DNA from: a virus
DNA length: 64,000 nucleotides
Reading direction: 5' to 3' (one strand)
Virus record (IMG/VR): IMGVR_UViG_3300035698_006717
Location: 1 to 64,000 of that record
Shown here: piece after piece, positions 45,307-54,072 of the stretch
Numbering within the stretch: position 1 is the stretch's first letter
Layout of the letters: the number at the start of each line of letters is the position of its first letter
The notes under the pieces: model-generated
Seen by the model: the letters and a program-made list of their open reading frames with translations, nothing else
Database searches by the model: none
Told to the model about the DNA's origin: nothing
Translations under genes and position numbers: made by a program

Positions 45307-45601
45307 AGGGAAGGCTGATAAGGAATTCTTTGATGAGATACTTGGAAGAGTAGACTGGGACTACTTCCTACCTGATGTTATTGATTTGAAAGATAAGATT
45401 ACAATAGCTATGCTGATAGAACTTAACGCTACTCAAGCGCTGATGTGTAATTTGTTGAATGAAAATATGGAAGATAATAATAGAGCAGGAGCAGATTGTG
45501 TTATCTGCCCAGATTGTAAAAATGAAGTAGTGCCAGACGCTTTGGGCTACTGCCCTAAATGCAAAAGTGATTTAGCAAGGTTTCTTAAAAAAGGTGCCTA
45601 G
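45299..45601 (+). CDS. Zinc-ribbon protein
   Basis: CPDC...CPKC. Confidence 0.6.
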   Translation: MPEGKADKEFFDEILGRVDWDYFLPDVIDLKDKITIAMLIELNATQALMCNLLNENMEDNNRAGADCVICPDCKNEVVPDALGYCPKCKSDLARFLKKGA

Positions 45602-45621
45602 CATTTAGGGACATAAAGTTA

Positions 45622-45650
45622 TTTACTTGGTGGATAGTTTCTATTATATT
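45622..45650 (+). promoter_or_regulatory. Candidate promoter, class B
   Basis: TTTACT-17 nt-TATATT in an intergenic gap. Confidence 0.55.
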
Positions 45651-45657
45651 AGGGGTA

Positions 45658-45939
45658 ATGATGGCTAGATTTCATATGTATAAAAAGGTGATAACTTGGG
45701 AGCAATTGTGGAAATGTTGCAACCATAGGAAGTTATGTAGGTTCTGTGACATCATAACAGATGAATGTGAAGATAAGGATTGCAAGCCAAATAATGATAC
45801 AAAAGCTAGATGCCCAATATGGAATGGTATGCTAGAGAATTTGGTTATGGTTCGTAAGGATAACTATAGAAGGGACAATAATGGACAGGAAAGACCGCAC
45901 CAGAAGTTCCATGATGAGAAAAGAGATAGTCAAGATTGA
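45658..45939 (+). CDS. Cys-rich hypothetical protein
   Basis: Seven Cys residues, CPIW motif. Confidence 0.55.
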   Translation: MMARFHMYKKVITWEQLWKCCNHRKLCRFCDIITDECEDKDCKPNNDTKARCPIWNGMLENLVMVRKDNYRRDNNGQERPHQKFHDEKRDSQD

Positions 45940-46026
45940 GAATGGCTATGAGTTCTACTCTGATGGTACTATGAAGAAGATTGAAAAGGAAGCTGATAAG
46001 AAATCCTCAGATACTTTGGAGAAATA

Positions 46027-46578
46027 ATGAAACTGTTAGGACTTGATGTATCCAAAGCTAGAACTGGATTCTGTCACTTTGATGATGATACACTTGGAGC
46101 ATATGGTGCTATAGAGTGCCCTAAAAATTTGAGTAAAATTAAGCAAGATACTCCTGAGTTTGCCGAGTTACTTTGGTGGTACTTTAAGGAGGTAAGAAAT
46201 TTAGTGAAAGGATTTCAGCCTGATATCATAGTTCTTGAGAGATTAAATCTTGAACACAATAGGGCTGCAAAAACAATAATTCAATTTCACGCAACAGCTA
46301 TTTTGGCTGCAAAAATACCAGTTAGAGGTATACTGTTAGGATACATACATAATAAAACTGCCAAGGCTAAGTTCAAAGCCAACACTAGAGTTAGAGATGT
46401 TGACCCTAGTGTAATTGCAAAAATGAAAGAGCATAAAATAGACAGGCATGTTAAGATTCTTATGGTTGATGCTATTAATGAAAAGTATGGCTTAAATTTA
46501 ACATACAAGCAAGATGATGAGGCTGACTCAATAGCCTTAGTTGACACATATTATGCCAAGGAGATATGCGGTGAGTAA
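46027..46578 (+). CDS. RuvC-like Holliday junction resolvase
   Basis: LGLDVS..TG, IVLE and DDEADSIAL catalytic pattern. Confidence 0.85.
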   Translation: MKLLGLDVSKARTGFCHFDDDTLGAYGAIECPKNLSKIKQDTPEFAELLWWYFKEVRNLVKGFQPDIIVLERLNLEHNRAAKTIIQFHATAILAAKIPVRGILLGYIHNKTAKAKFKANTRVRDVDPSVIAKMKEHKIDRHVKILMVDAINEKYGLNLTYKQDDEADSIALVDTYYAKEICGE

Positions 46579-46945
46579 ATATGATGGAATGACAATAGAA
46601 GGTCTGATGGAAGAGTTTAAGAGAAAGAATATGCCGCTGCCATCTGGATCAGTAGCAAAGGAGCTTATAGGCTTACTACAGGAAAGGGATAATCTTGTTA
46701 CCAATATTGGCAATGTTGGTAACACTACTGAGAAGTATCCTGAGACAAAATTCAATAATATCGCAGTTGCGTCATTCTTCTACATTCTTGGGAAATTGTG
46801 TATCAAGTATGATGAGGAATTATACCTTGAGATTGATACAGTAAGACAGCAGTGTCATTTGAAGGAAGGGTATGCTCTTAAGGATTTTGATGTCAATGTT
46901 TGCGATATTAGTTATTCCTACAAGAAGGGCAAAGGGAAGAAATAA
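46541..46945 (+). CDS. Hypothetical protein
   Basis: ORF filling the space between ruvC and the endolysin; the true start may be slightly downstream. Confidence 0.55.
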   Translation: MTHIMPRRYAVSKYDGMTIEGLMEEFKRKNMPLPSGSVAKELIGLLQERDNLVTNIGNVGNTTEKYPETKFNNIAVASFFYILGKLCIKYDEELYLEIDTVRQQCHLKEGYALKDFDVNVCDISYSYKKGKGKK

Positions 46946-47337
46946 TGCCAAAATTTAGCAATAGTTCTAATAGTAAATTGCACACATGCAATGCTGGCCT
47001 TATTTCAATATTTGAAGATGCTATTGAAATATTTGATTGTAAGGTTCTATGCGGCCACAGATTGGAGGCTGAACAGAACGCTCTATATGAGCAAGATTAT
47101 TCTCAGCTACAGTATCCTGAATCTAAGCATAATGTATTCCCTTCTATGGCTGTAGATGTAGCTCCATATCCAATTGATTGGGATGATACAAGAAGGTTCT
47201 ATTTATTCGCTGGCCTCATTAAGGGTATTGCTTATGGTGCTGGACTTGATATTGTATGGGGTGGAGATTGGGATAATGATACACAAGTCAAAGATAACAA
47301 GTTTAATGATTTAGTCCACTTTCAACTTGGAAGGTAG
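46945..47337 (+). CDS. Endolysin, M15 family L-Ala-D-Glu peptidase
   Basis: GHR..EQ, SKH...AVD, WGGDW and DLVHFQL; catalytic domain only. Confidence 0.9.
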   Translation: MPKFSNSSNSKLHTCNAGLISIFEDAIEIFDCKVLCGHRLEAEQNALYEQDYSQLQYPESKHNVFPSMAVDVAPYPIDWDDTRRFYLFAGLIKGIAYGAGLDIVWGGDWDNDTQVKDNKFNDLVHFQLGR

Positions 47338-47339
47338 CA

Positions 47340-47966
47340 ATGCCCAGTACAGATAAAAGGAAGCATTCAACAAAAGCAAAGAAACGGTTTGAAGAGAAGT
47401 ATCTTCTCACAGATGACCGTAGCAACCCGTATTATATGTATGTACCAAATAAAACTGATACAGACACATTACGGAAACTGATGGATACTCGCAACTATAT
47501 CCGTATTATGACACAATTGGACAAAAACCAATACATAGTTGCTCAGTATTATATCTATACTGAGGGTGATATATGGATGTGCGGAGATTCCCTAACATTC
47601 AATCAGAATCCTGATAAGAAGATATGGTGCGAATGTTTGTGTATGCCAAGGAAAGATAAGTGCATATGCTATGAAGAAGCTACTAATGAATTTCTGAGCG
47701 TATGTCCAGAGTGTAAAAAACTTGGTATATTTATCAAGGATACCGCCTTTAAATGTAAGCATTGTGATTTTGTCCTTAGATGGAATTTGGTAAGTGATCT
47801 ACCTTTTGCCAAGATACCGTGCCAGTATTGCCCTAGAGAGATAGGTTGGGATAAGGCTCAGAATATTAGGGAGTTGGTGATTAAGCATTTGGTCAATAGG
47901 TCTCACATAGTTGCTCAATATCAAGAAAAAAAGATTGAAGAAATAATGGAGGGTGAAGGTGAATAA
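47340..47966 (+). CDS. Multi-zinc-finger hypothetical protein
   Basis: CxCxC, CxC and three CxxC motifs. Confidence 0.65.
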   Translation: MPSTDKRKHSTKAKKRFEEKYLLTDDRSNPYYMYVPNKTDTDTLRKLMDTRNYIRIMTQLDKNQYIVAQYYIYTEGDIWMCGDSLTFNQNPDKKIWCECLCMPRKDKCICYEEATNEFLSVCPECKKLGIFIKDTAFKCKHCDFVLRWNLVSDLPFAKIPCQYCPREIGWDKAQNIRELVIKHLVNRSHIVAQYQEKKIEEIMEGEGE

Positions 47967-48144
47967 TTGGATACTAACATTAATAAATAAACCTAAGACA
48001 TCTGAAGATGCTATGGCTTTGGGTCACAGATATTGGAGCTGGTGGTGTGAGCAACGCGGCGTTATTGAATTACCAACTGACCCAGAAAATAGAAATCCAT
48101 TTTTAAAAGAAGAGTATTCAATTAAAGGAGTTGGTGATGAATGA
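47953..48144 (+). CDS. Hypothetical protein
   Basis: GGAGG SD; overlapping chain of ORFs. Confidence 0.5.
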   Translation: MKVNNWILTLINKPKTSEDAMALGHRYWSWWCEQRGVIELPTDPENRNPFLKEEYSIKGVGDE

Positions 48145-48355
48145 ACTACAGAAGATTAAAAAATTCCAAGACCCTAATGTTAATATTGGTGATTTGAATA
48201 GTCTAGTTGACATACTTAATGCTATGGTTGGTGTGATCAATACATTCAGTAAGCAGGTAGAGTTTACTAACTCTGCTATCAAGAAGTTTGATATGCAGAT
48301 GCAGGAGATTGATAAGGTTGTAACTGAAATGCTAGAACAGGAGAAGGAATCATGA
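48131..48355 (+). CDS. Coiled-coil hypothetical protein
   Basis: AAGGAG SD; heptad pattern. Confidence 0.55.
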   Translation: MVMNELQKIKKFQDPNVNIGDLNSLVDILNAMVGVINTFSKQVEFTNSAIKKFDMQMQEIDKVVTEMLEQEKES

Positions 48356-48777
48356 GTGAGCTTACTGATTCACAAGGCATAAGCCTGAATCCCACTAGGA
48401 ATGTAAAACGCAAATATGAGAAGTATTGCATATGCGTTGAGTGTGAAAAATTTTCAGTTCAATCTAATCTTGTCGTAAGATACCTATGCACTAGATGCGG
48501 AAGGGGTAATAATGCTGAAGAAGCTGTTTCTAGATTTGCTGAATGGGATAAGGGTGAGTTAGAGCTTACGGATAAGTCACAAGCCCCTGCCCTAGTTAGA
48601 GTTGATGGTGGCAAGTTGGCATATACTAAGTTCAGAGATGAGATGCAGATCCGTAGTGATATGTTTGTAGGTGGGAAAACTAGAGACTCTATGGGATCTC
48701 ATAATTTCCGCAAGCAGTTGAAGAGAGAGCTAATGCATGAGAAAGCATATCGTGGTGAGAAGTCGGATGTAGATTGA
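48352..48777 (+). CDS. Zinc-ribbon protein
   Basis: CVEC...CTRC; ATGA coupling. Confidence 0.6.
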   Translation: MSELTDSQGISLNPTRNVKRKYEKYCICVECEKFSVQSNLVVRYLCTRCGRGNNAEEAVSRFAEWDKGELELTDKSQAPALVRVDGGKLAYTKFRDEMQIRSDMFVGGKTRDSMGSHNFRKQLKRELMHEKAYRGEKSDVD

Positions 48778-49169
48778 TAATGGATAAAGAATGGATACAA
48801 CACCTCAGTGATAAGGATGCATACTATAGGCTGTATGCTGAGTTTCTGATGAAGGTCTATAATGATATTTTAACAACAAGTGATTTTAGGAGTGCCTTTT
48901 ATAAATGGTTGGTTGAAGGTGATGGTTACTACAGAGAGAGGCTGAGGAGTCATTTTGAATCAGTCAATTGGCTTTTGAATTATTCAATTGGGTCAATTTG
49001 CTTTGAAGTATTAAAAATCAATCATCTTAGGATAGAGGATGTAGAAAAGTCAATCTATCGCAAAATGCAATCAAATAAGAAGTTCAATAAATTCTTTGTA
49101 AGTTATGGAAATGAAATAGAGCGGGTGGTTCATGATACCGAAGAACAAGAATGCTCTGAAAAACTTTAA
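48774..49169 (+). CDS. Hypothetical helical protein
   Basis: Coupled ORF. Confidence 0.55.
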   Translation: MIMDKEWIQHLSDKDAYYRLYAEFLMKVYNDILTTSDFRSAFYKWLVEGDGYYRERLRSHFESVNWLLNYSIGSICFEVLKINHLRIEDVEKSIYRKMQSNKKFNKFFVSYGNEIERVVHDTEEQECSEKL

Positions 49170-49581
49170 GGGCTTGATTGATAAGCAGCAAAGTACCATA
49201 GTAAAGGCTAAAGCTGCAGGCAAGCCAAATCCAAAGTATGAATCTATTACTGGTACTTGTATGTGCTGTGATAGAGAAAATATTAGGATTGCTAAGAAGA
49301 TTGAGATGCTTTGCTCTTATTGTTATAATTGGTGCCACAAATACATATTAGATAATTATGGATACTATTCTAGCAAACACCTAGCGGTAGCAATGTGTGC
49401 ATTTCAGAATTCTATAGAATGTAGGTTTTGCCATAAGGAACTCCCCCGTATCAAGGAGGATGGTGCTATAAGGAAGGGCAAACCAATATGCGATACTTGC
49501 TATGAGATATATAAGGTGGCCCGTGAGTCGGGGAAGAGAGAACGGGAAAGAAACAAATACAAGAGAAGGGATTTTGCATAA
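49132..49581 (+). CDS. Double zinc-finger basic protein
   Basis: Four CxxC motifs. Confidence 0.6.
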   Translation: MIPKNKNALKNFKGLIDKQQSTIVKAKAAGKPNPKYESITGTCMCCDRENIRIAKKIEMLCSYCYNWCHKYILDNYGYYSSKHLAVAMCAFQNSIECRFCHKELPRIKEDGAIRKGKPICDTCYEIYKVARESGKRERERNKYKRRDFA

Positions 49582-50024
49582 TGGGTGAGAATAAGTTTGG
49601 TTTTATAAACCATACTATTGATAAAATACACGGTGCTGAGCCTTATGTTAGCTTTGTATTAGATTTCAGCAATCTACTGGATCATGATACATTACATCAT
49701 AGTATCATAGTAGATTTTGATGACTTATCAAATCTAAGTAAGGTGAATAATATCAGAGGATTTATACTGTTCATGCCTTTCCTATATGAACAGGATGTTT
49801 CTAAAATTATGAATCGTATAAACAAAATGGAATGGAAGGGGAAGGTTCTGATATTTGATATCAAGAGCAATTGCGCGCAAGATTGGATAAGGAAGGTTCC
49901 TACTCTGCCTGGCATGAGTCTGAGGGGTGTAGAAGATATTGAGCAGAACTTTTTTGTAATGAGATGGAATAAGTTTAGGAATGTTAAGGAACACTTAAAA
50001 TATGATAATGCGGAGATATCATGA
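49581..50024 (+). CDS. Hypothetical protein
   Basis: TAATG coupling. Confidence 0.55.
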   Translation: MGENKFGFINHTIDKIHGAEPYVSFVLDFSNLLDHDTLHHSIIVDFDDLSNLSKVNNIRGFILFMPFLYEQDVSKIMNRINKMEWKGKVLIFDIKSNCAQDWIRKVPTLPGMSLRGVEDIEQNFFVMRWNKFRNVKEHLKYDNAEIS

Positions 50025-50104
50025 TATCTCGCAATATATTTGCGATAAAGCAGATATTATCAGGCATCATGATATCCCGCAATATATTTGCGTTAAATCA
50101 GATA
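50013..50104. repeat. Tandem 39-bp direct repeat containing palindromes
   Basis: Copies at 50018-50056 and 50066-50104 differ at 3 positions. GAGATATCATGATATCTC is a perfect palindrome; CGCAA-N5-TTGCG occurs in both copies. Confidence 0.9.
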
Positions 50105-50116
50105 GGAGCATAAGTC

Positions 50117-50917
50117 ATGGGAGGATTCAGAGGAACTCAAAAAGCAGCTGTGGATAAGGTGATATCAGAAGACAAGCAGCCAGCTGGTAAGAGCACTTGC
50201 AATGCAGTTAGGAAGAACAGTGACGGATATTGTAAACTGCCAGGTGTTGAGGAATTTAGTAGATGTAGGTTACATGGTGGATCTAATGAGTTAGCTGTTG
50301 ATATATTCAGAAAGGCTATGCCTTTGGAGAAAGCTGGCAAGCTTGAGGCTTTGCTGAATGATACTATGAGTATGGATAATGAGCTTGCTGCTGCTAAGAC
50401 TATGTTAGTTCAAGAGCTTGAGAATTACAATAGGGCAAATTATGTATTGAACTCTTATGTTGAGCAGACTCCTGCGCGTCCTACTCCTGACGATCCTGAT
50501 TTTGAGCGTGAGATGGTATCATATAATATTGCAACTGAATTGCATGCCATTATTATGGATAAGGCAGAGAATATGAGAGACAAGTCTTTTGATAATTCTC
50601 AGAAGCTGATTCGTATTCTAAGTGAGGGAGTTACCAAGAATAATAAGATCAAGGAAGGTAACAAATTCCAGCTTGATGTTAAACAGATTAGCAGACTACT
50701 CAAGATACAGCTAGAGGCTCATCAATATTGCAAGGGGTGCCCGAAGTTGAAGTTAGTAGTGACTCATATTAAGGAGCACACTCAAGATATACCTCTGAAC
50801 CCCAATTTCTCTAAGAAGAATAAGGAAGCAGTTGGCCGCAGAGCCTATAAGGATTTGGTAAGTGAAGTTGAGAGTAGAATGGGTGGCGCTGAGGAAGCTG
50901 AATTTGAAGTAGAATAA
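50117..50917 (+). CDS. HGGxSTG-type zinc-knuckle protein, probable terminase small subunit
   Basis: CNAVRK..GYCK.P....RCRLHGG followed by SMDNELA and a helical region; C-terminal EAEFEVE. Confidence 0.55.
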   Translation: MGGFRGTQKAAVDKVISEDKQPAGKSTCNAVRKNSDGYCKLPGVEEFSRCRLHGGSNELAVDIFRKAMPLEKAGKLEALLNDTMSMDNELAAAKTMLVQELENYNRANYVLNSYVEQTPARPTPDDPDFEREMVSYNIATELHAIIMDKAENMRDKSFDNSQKLIRILSEGVTKNNKIKEGNKFQLDVKQISRLLKIQLEAHQYCKGCPKLKLVVTHIKEHTQDIPLNPNFSKKNKEAVGRRAYKDLVSEVESRMGGAEEAEFEVE

Positions 50918-50951
50918 AATCAATACTCTTCAGTTTAAACAGAGGTATACT
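50916..50951 (+). promoter_or_regulatory. Repeated promoter, class A (copy 1)
   Basis: AAAATCA-ATACTC-TTCAG..17 nt-TATACT. Confidence 0.75.
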
Positions 50952-50998
50952 ATAGATATATAGCGATAGCTAACTGAACTAGAAAGGCTGAACTAATT

Positions 50999-51364
50999 AT
51001 GCTTCTCGCTGACCATGAATTCAATTTTCCAGAGGACAGGATGACAAATGCTATTAGAAGTAGGTTTGCGATAATGCTATCTTTGAATGGTATATGCAAA
51101 TCTGATGTGTATGAACTTTCAAGAACCGATGGGAATTTGCTTGCAGTATGGAATAGATTTTATGAAGAATGGAAGAGTGATAAATCAGATTACTGTATGA
51201 GAGACTTTGCATTTATGTATGAGTGCTACAAATATGAGGAAGTAAAATTCACCATTTGGAGAACATATGCTATGTGGAGATTCCTTATGCGTAGCGCAGT
51301 TAGGATAATGAGGTTTACTATACCAGTAACTCTAGTAATTGGGGCCTATATCTATTTCAACTAA
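50999..51364 (+). CDS. Hypothetical protein with C-terminal TM segment
   Basis: First gene after a class A promoter; hydrophobic C-terminus. Confidence 0.6.
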   Translation: MLLADHEFNFPEDRMTNAIRSRFAIMLSLNGICKSDVYELSRTDGNLLAVWNRFYEEWKSDKSDYCMRDFAFMYECYKYEEVKFTIWRTYAMWRFLMRSAVRIMRFTIPVTLVIGAYIYFN

Positions 51365-51464
51365 AATTCAGCTATTTGAACGTATCGGCCTAGGCTATAT
51401 TAAAGGTAAGGGAGGAAGGTACTATGTTTTCAATTGTAGCAGCTGAACTGAAGGGTGCAGAATA

Positions 51465-51773
51465 ATGAAACTACAAGACTTATTTGAAGAAGCTGAGAAG
51501 GCAAGAAAGAAAACTGAATTGGTAGCAAAGCCACTTTATGAAGATTGGCATAATAAGCTAACAGATGCTATAGAGTATGCTTTCAAAACCAAAAAAGGTC
51601 AAGACATATGTGGCCTACCCACTACTCCACTAAGGTTCAAATTTAAAGATGGAACAGTATTTGAAGTAAGACCTGCATATATGAATGCGCAAGGAGATTT
51701 CAAGAATGGCGTATTTAAATGGAGTGCAGGCGAAGTTTTCACGCTGAAGAAGATTCCTACACAACCATTTTAA
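51465..51773 (+). CDS. Hypothetical protein
   Basis: Coupled to a 13-codon mini-ORF at 51424-51465. Confidence 0.6.
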   Translation: MKLQDLFEEAEKARKKTELVAKPLYEDWHNKLTDAIEYAFKTKKGQDICGLPTTPLRFKFKDGTVFEVRPAYMNAQGDFKNGVFKWSAGEVFTLKKIPTQPF

Positions 51774-51783
51774 CGAGAGGAGT

Positions 51784-51999
51784 GTGATGTGGTGTAAGAT
51801 AGTTGTTAAGTTGAAGGTAAGAGATCATAGTTGGTGGGAGGATATACCTGATGAGATTATGAATAGCGATGAACTATTGTCTAAATTTATTAAGACTGTC
51901 ACCGACATCTTCAAACCGATAGATGTTGAGGTATATCCTGAAGAGCAAATTAATATGGAAGGAATTGTAAATGGGCAAGAGGCCAAAAACGAAAGCTGA
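51784..51999 (+). CDS. Hypothetical protein
   Basis: GAGGAG SD. Confidence 0.55.
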   Translation: MMWCKIVVKLKVRDHSWWEDIPDEIMNSDELLSKFIKTVTDIFKPIDVEVYPEEQINMEGIVNGQEAKNES

Positions 52000-52531
52000 A
52001 GTTACTCCTGAAATTGTTGAAGAAAAACCAGCAGAAGAAATTCAGCCTGAAGAAATTCAAGTTGAAGAAACTCAACCAGAAGAAGTAAAGCCAGAAGTAG
52101 TTGATGAAGAACCTGTGGTATATGACAATACAGGAAAGCTGTTCCTGAGATATTTCTTCTCTAATGAGTCAGTATCTTCCAAGGTCATTACCAAGCTGAA
52201 CAAGAAAGTGTATTTCCCCAAGAATCCTAATATCAGCCCAGGCTGGTATGTTACATCTGTGATAGAAGAGAAAGATAAGTATGGTGTGATGGATGCTATA
52301 CCTATTACAGAAGTTCCTGATGAGCTTTGGGGTAAGAAGATCATAAAAGGTATTTTCATTAAGCCTAATTATGAGAAGGGTGTTATGGAGATCCACAGAG
52401 CTATGCCGAAGGATAAGTTGAAGACTGAGGAGTCTCCAATTATTCACACGGTTCCTCTGAATATGCCCAACTATACTTCTGGTAATACTATTGAGAATAT
52501 TATCCAGAGTAAGAAGGACAATAAAAGATGA
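51971..52531 (+). CDS. Hypothetical protein with EEIQP acidic repeats
   Basis: N-terminal (E/P)EEIQPEEIQVEETQPEEV repeats. Confidence 0.65.
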   Translation: MGKRPKTKAEVTPEIVEEKPAEEIQPEEIQVEETQPEEVKPEVVDEEPVVYDNTGKLFLRYFFSNESVSSKVITKLNKKVYFPKNPNISPGWYVTSVIEEKDKYGVMDAIPITEVPDELWGKKIIKGIFIKPNYEKGVMEIHRAMPKDKLKTEESPIIHTVPLNMPNYTSGNTIENIIQSKKDNKR

Positions 52532-53022
52532 CTTCAAAGAAGCTACCGCCTGAAACAACTTCTGATTATTATGGTAGCTACCCACAAGTCTTCAAGCATT
52601 TGAAGAAACTAGGAGACAGAGACCAAGAGTGCGGTGTATTGGTCACTTTGGATAAGGGGTGCTTCTTAATCAAGAGGCACCTCATCTCCTTGGGTGGTTG
52701 GAATGAAGACTCTACTGATCTCAAAGTTCTGTTTAATAGAATAGTTGCTGATAAGGCAAGTAGGTTCCTATTTGCTCACAATCACTCTAACGGAGTTGCT
52801 GCTGTAAGTAAACCTGATGTAAGATTTACCATAGCAGTAATATTCATAGCAGACTTGTTAGAAGTAGATTTTATGGATCACGTTATATTTCCTTACAAGA
52901 GGGAGCCTGTAAGTATTAAACAAAAGTATCCACAATTATTCAAGAGAAACTATCAAGAAGTATTCACAAAGGCAACTAACAAATTTCTACCAAAATATTA
53001 TGAGCAAACAGAGATTGAATGA
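52528..53022 (+). CDS. RadC-like JAB domain protein
   Basis: DQE...LD...ISLG...AHNHSNG...S..D...DHVI. Confidence 0.85.
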   Translation: MTSKKLPPETTSDYYGSYPQVFKHLKKLGDRDQECGVLVTLDKGCFLIKRHLISLGGWNEDSTDLKVLFNRIVADKASRFLFAHNHSNGVAAVSKPDVRFTIAVIFIADLLEVDFMDHVIFPYKREPVSIKQKYPQLFKRNYQEVFTKATNKFLPKYYEQTEIE

Positions 53023-53251
53023 AATAGCTGCTAAATGGTATAAGTATATTGACGAACACGATAATTTGTATGGTCATGATATACCTGCTGTTAAATCCAA
53101 TAAGTCAAGAAATCCACAAACGTCTGTTATACCAGCAACTCCAAAAGAGAAAGTGGTATACATTATCCGCTGCAATGTTTGTTGCCAGCTTGGTGATGCT
53201 GGAAGTGGTGCTGCCAAGATCTGTGACGCTTGCAGGAAATTAAAGTCATAA
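53000..53251 (+). CDS. Zinc-finger hypothetical protein
   Basis: CNVC...CDAC. Confidence 0.55.
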   Translation: MSKQRLNEIAAKWYKYIDEHDNLYGHDIPAVKSNKSRNPQTSVIPATPKEKVVYIIRCNVCCQLGDAGSGAAKICDACRKLKS

Positions 53252-53277
53252 CTCTTCAGGTAGTTCAACTGTATACT
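53242..53277 (+). promoter_or_regulatory. Repeated promoter, class A (copy 2)
   Basis: AAAGTCA-TAACTC-TTCAG..17 nt-TATACT. Confidence 0.8.
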
Positions 53278-53464
53278 TCCTTATATAAGCGACTAACCGA
53301 AGGGATTTGATGATGGATGATAAGAAGCCGAGACTGGGAGAACAGCAAGTGTTTGGCCCGCAGTTTAGAGTCTATACTATGCGCGGCTGGGTTATTTGTG
53401 ATACAAAAAAGGAAGTGGAATCTGAGATGCTTGAGATAGAGTCTATGTTGGAAAAGAAATAGAT

Positions 53465-53500
53465 AAAGTCATTACTCTTCAACTTAAATAGATATATATT
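53465..53500 (+). promoter_or_regulatory. Repeated promoter, class A (copy 3)
   Basis: AAAGTCA-TTACTC-TTCAA..17 nt-TATATT. Confidence 0.8.
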
Positions 53501-53641
53501 ACTTTTATAACTGGAAGGGATCTTATGCTAACTACCTATCACTTAACAGAGGAGTTTGAAAAAAGTCTGAGAAAGTATGAGAGACTCTGCCGAAAACTAA
53601 AGTTAATTTCCCATTAAACGCATTAACAAAAGGAGCCTATC

Positions 53642-53974
53642 ATGGCTGACAAGAAAACTAAGAAGACTGTTGCAAAAGCTAAGACGACTGAAGAAGCACC
53701 GCTTGAAGTTAAAAATGAGAAGAAGCTGGAAGGCTTGACGAATGCTACTGTGGCTACTGGTGTTATTTCCTTTAAAGATGGTTCGGGTTCGGCGGATCTT
53801 CTCTCTCTGATTGTAAAGCACGGCTTCATCCGTGAGAAGGTTATTGAAGCTGGTGAGAAGCTGAAGCTGGCTGGTAAGGCTTTTGCTAAGTCTGACGTTA
53901 CTGCTAAGTATAACAAGGTTGCTGGGATCATAAAGAATCTCCAGAACGCTGGTTTTAAACTTCCTACTGCGTAG
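53642..53974 (+). CDS. Basic K/A-rich putative DNA-binding protein
   Basis: AAGGAG SD; K-rich N-terminus; followed by two hairpins. Confidence 0.7.
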   Translation: MADKKTKKTVAKAKTTEEAPLEVKNEKKLEGLTNATVATGVISFKDGSGSADLLSLIVKHGFIREKVIEAGEKLKLAGKAFAKSDVTAKYNKVAGIIKNLQNAGFKLPTA

Positions 53975-54055
53975 CACTCTGGTCTTTTCCTTTCTTCCAG
54001 AGTGCCTGAGAGGGCAGAGCGTTGGGGTACGTTCTGTCCCTCTCTTCACATTTAA
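53974..54055 (+). terminator. Double hairpin, terminator-like
   Basis: GCACTCTGG/CCAGAGTGC, then GAGAGGGCAGAGCGT/ACGTTCTGTCCCTCTC followed by TTCACATTT. Confidence 0.7.
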
Positions 54056-54072
54056 CTAAGGAGCATGTTATA

